Shown: positions 63,933 through 64,000 of the stretch, piece after piece
Layout of the letters: each line of letters begins with the position of its first letter
Numbering within the stretch: the first letter of the stretch is position 1
Source: the human T2T-CHM13v2.0 reference genome, Homo sapiens
DNA length: 64,000 nucleotides
Assembly: GCF_009914755.1 (NCBI RefSeq)
Contig: NC_060930.1
Strand: one strand, 5' to 3'
Program-made: the position numbers and the translations under genes
The notes under the pieces: model-generated
Databases searched by the model: none
The model's input: the letters and a program-made list of their open reading frames with translations, nothing else
What the model was told of the DNA's origin: nothing

Positions 63933-64000
63933 AGAAACATTTTCTGCTGAGTTGACCGGCATCTCATCCACACTGTGATTGCCATTTGTAATGTCACAGA
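63933..64000 (-). CDS. SESN1: SESN1 coding exon (probably 5), cut by the window edge: [22 protein letters not shown]
   Basis: Minus-strand open frame ending TCT|gtaagt. Continues in phase 0 into VSDSFFEVE. Confidence 0.9.

Overview
Primate genomic DNA, almost certainly human 6q21. It holds the 3' ends of two convergent protein-coding genes. On the + strand are seven coding exons of ARMC2 (2314-38930, ending ...HHTFLEPLPIPSF*). On the - strand are the last six coding exons of SESN1/sestrin-1 (64000-52960, ending ...[10 protein letters not shown]). I rebuilt all exons by hand: each complete intron has GT-AG ends and the phases are continuous. Exon numbers (ARMC2 12-18, SESN1 5-10) are from memory, not from the window. 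The rest is intronic or intergenic and rich in transposons: about 30 Alus, a 5.8-kb L1PA inserted inside an Alu, old L1M/L2/MIR fragments, MaLR and ERV1 LTRs, and MER1B, MER2, MER5 and MER20 DNA transposons. Almost all short ORFs in the track are Alu/L1 noise. I found no CRISPR, tRNA, rRNA or clearly new gene system. The best candidate for undescribed biology is a splicing switch in SESN1: the 148-nt exon at 59882-60029 begins with GTAAGT, so splicing recreates the upstream donor TCT|GTAAGT exactly (a recursive-splice site). The same exon is tightly flanked by inverted Alus, and losing it shifts the frame ahead of the leucine-sensing domain. Other leads are clustered p53 half-sites in an ARMC2 intron, a ~245-bp palindromic repeat in a SESN1 intron, an L1 antisense promoter pointing at the SESN1 3' end, and two structurally odd Alu insertions. 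Repeat family names come from recognition of consensus sequences and their boundaries are approximate.
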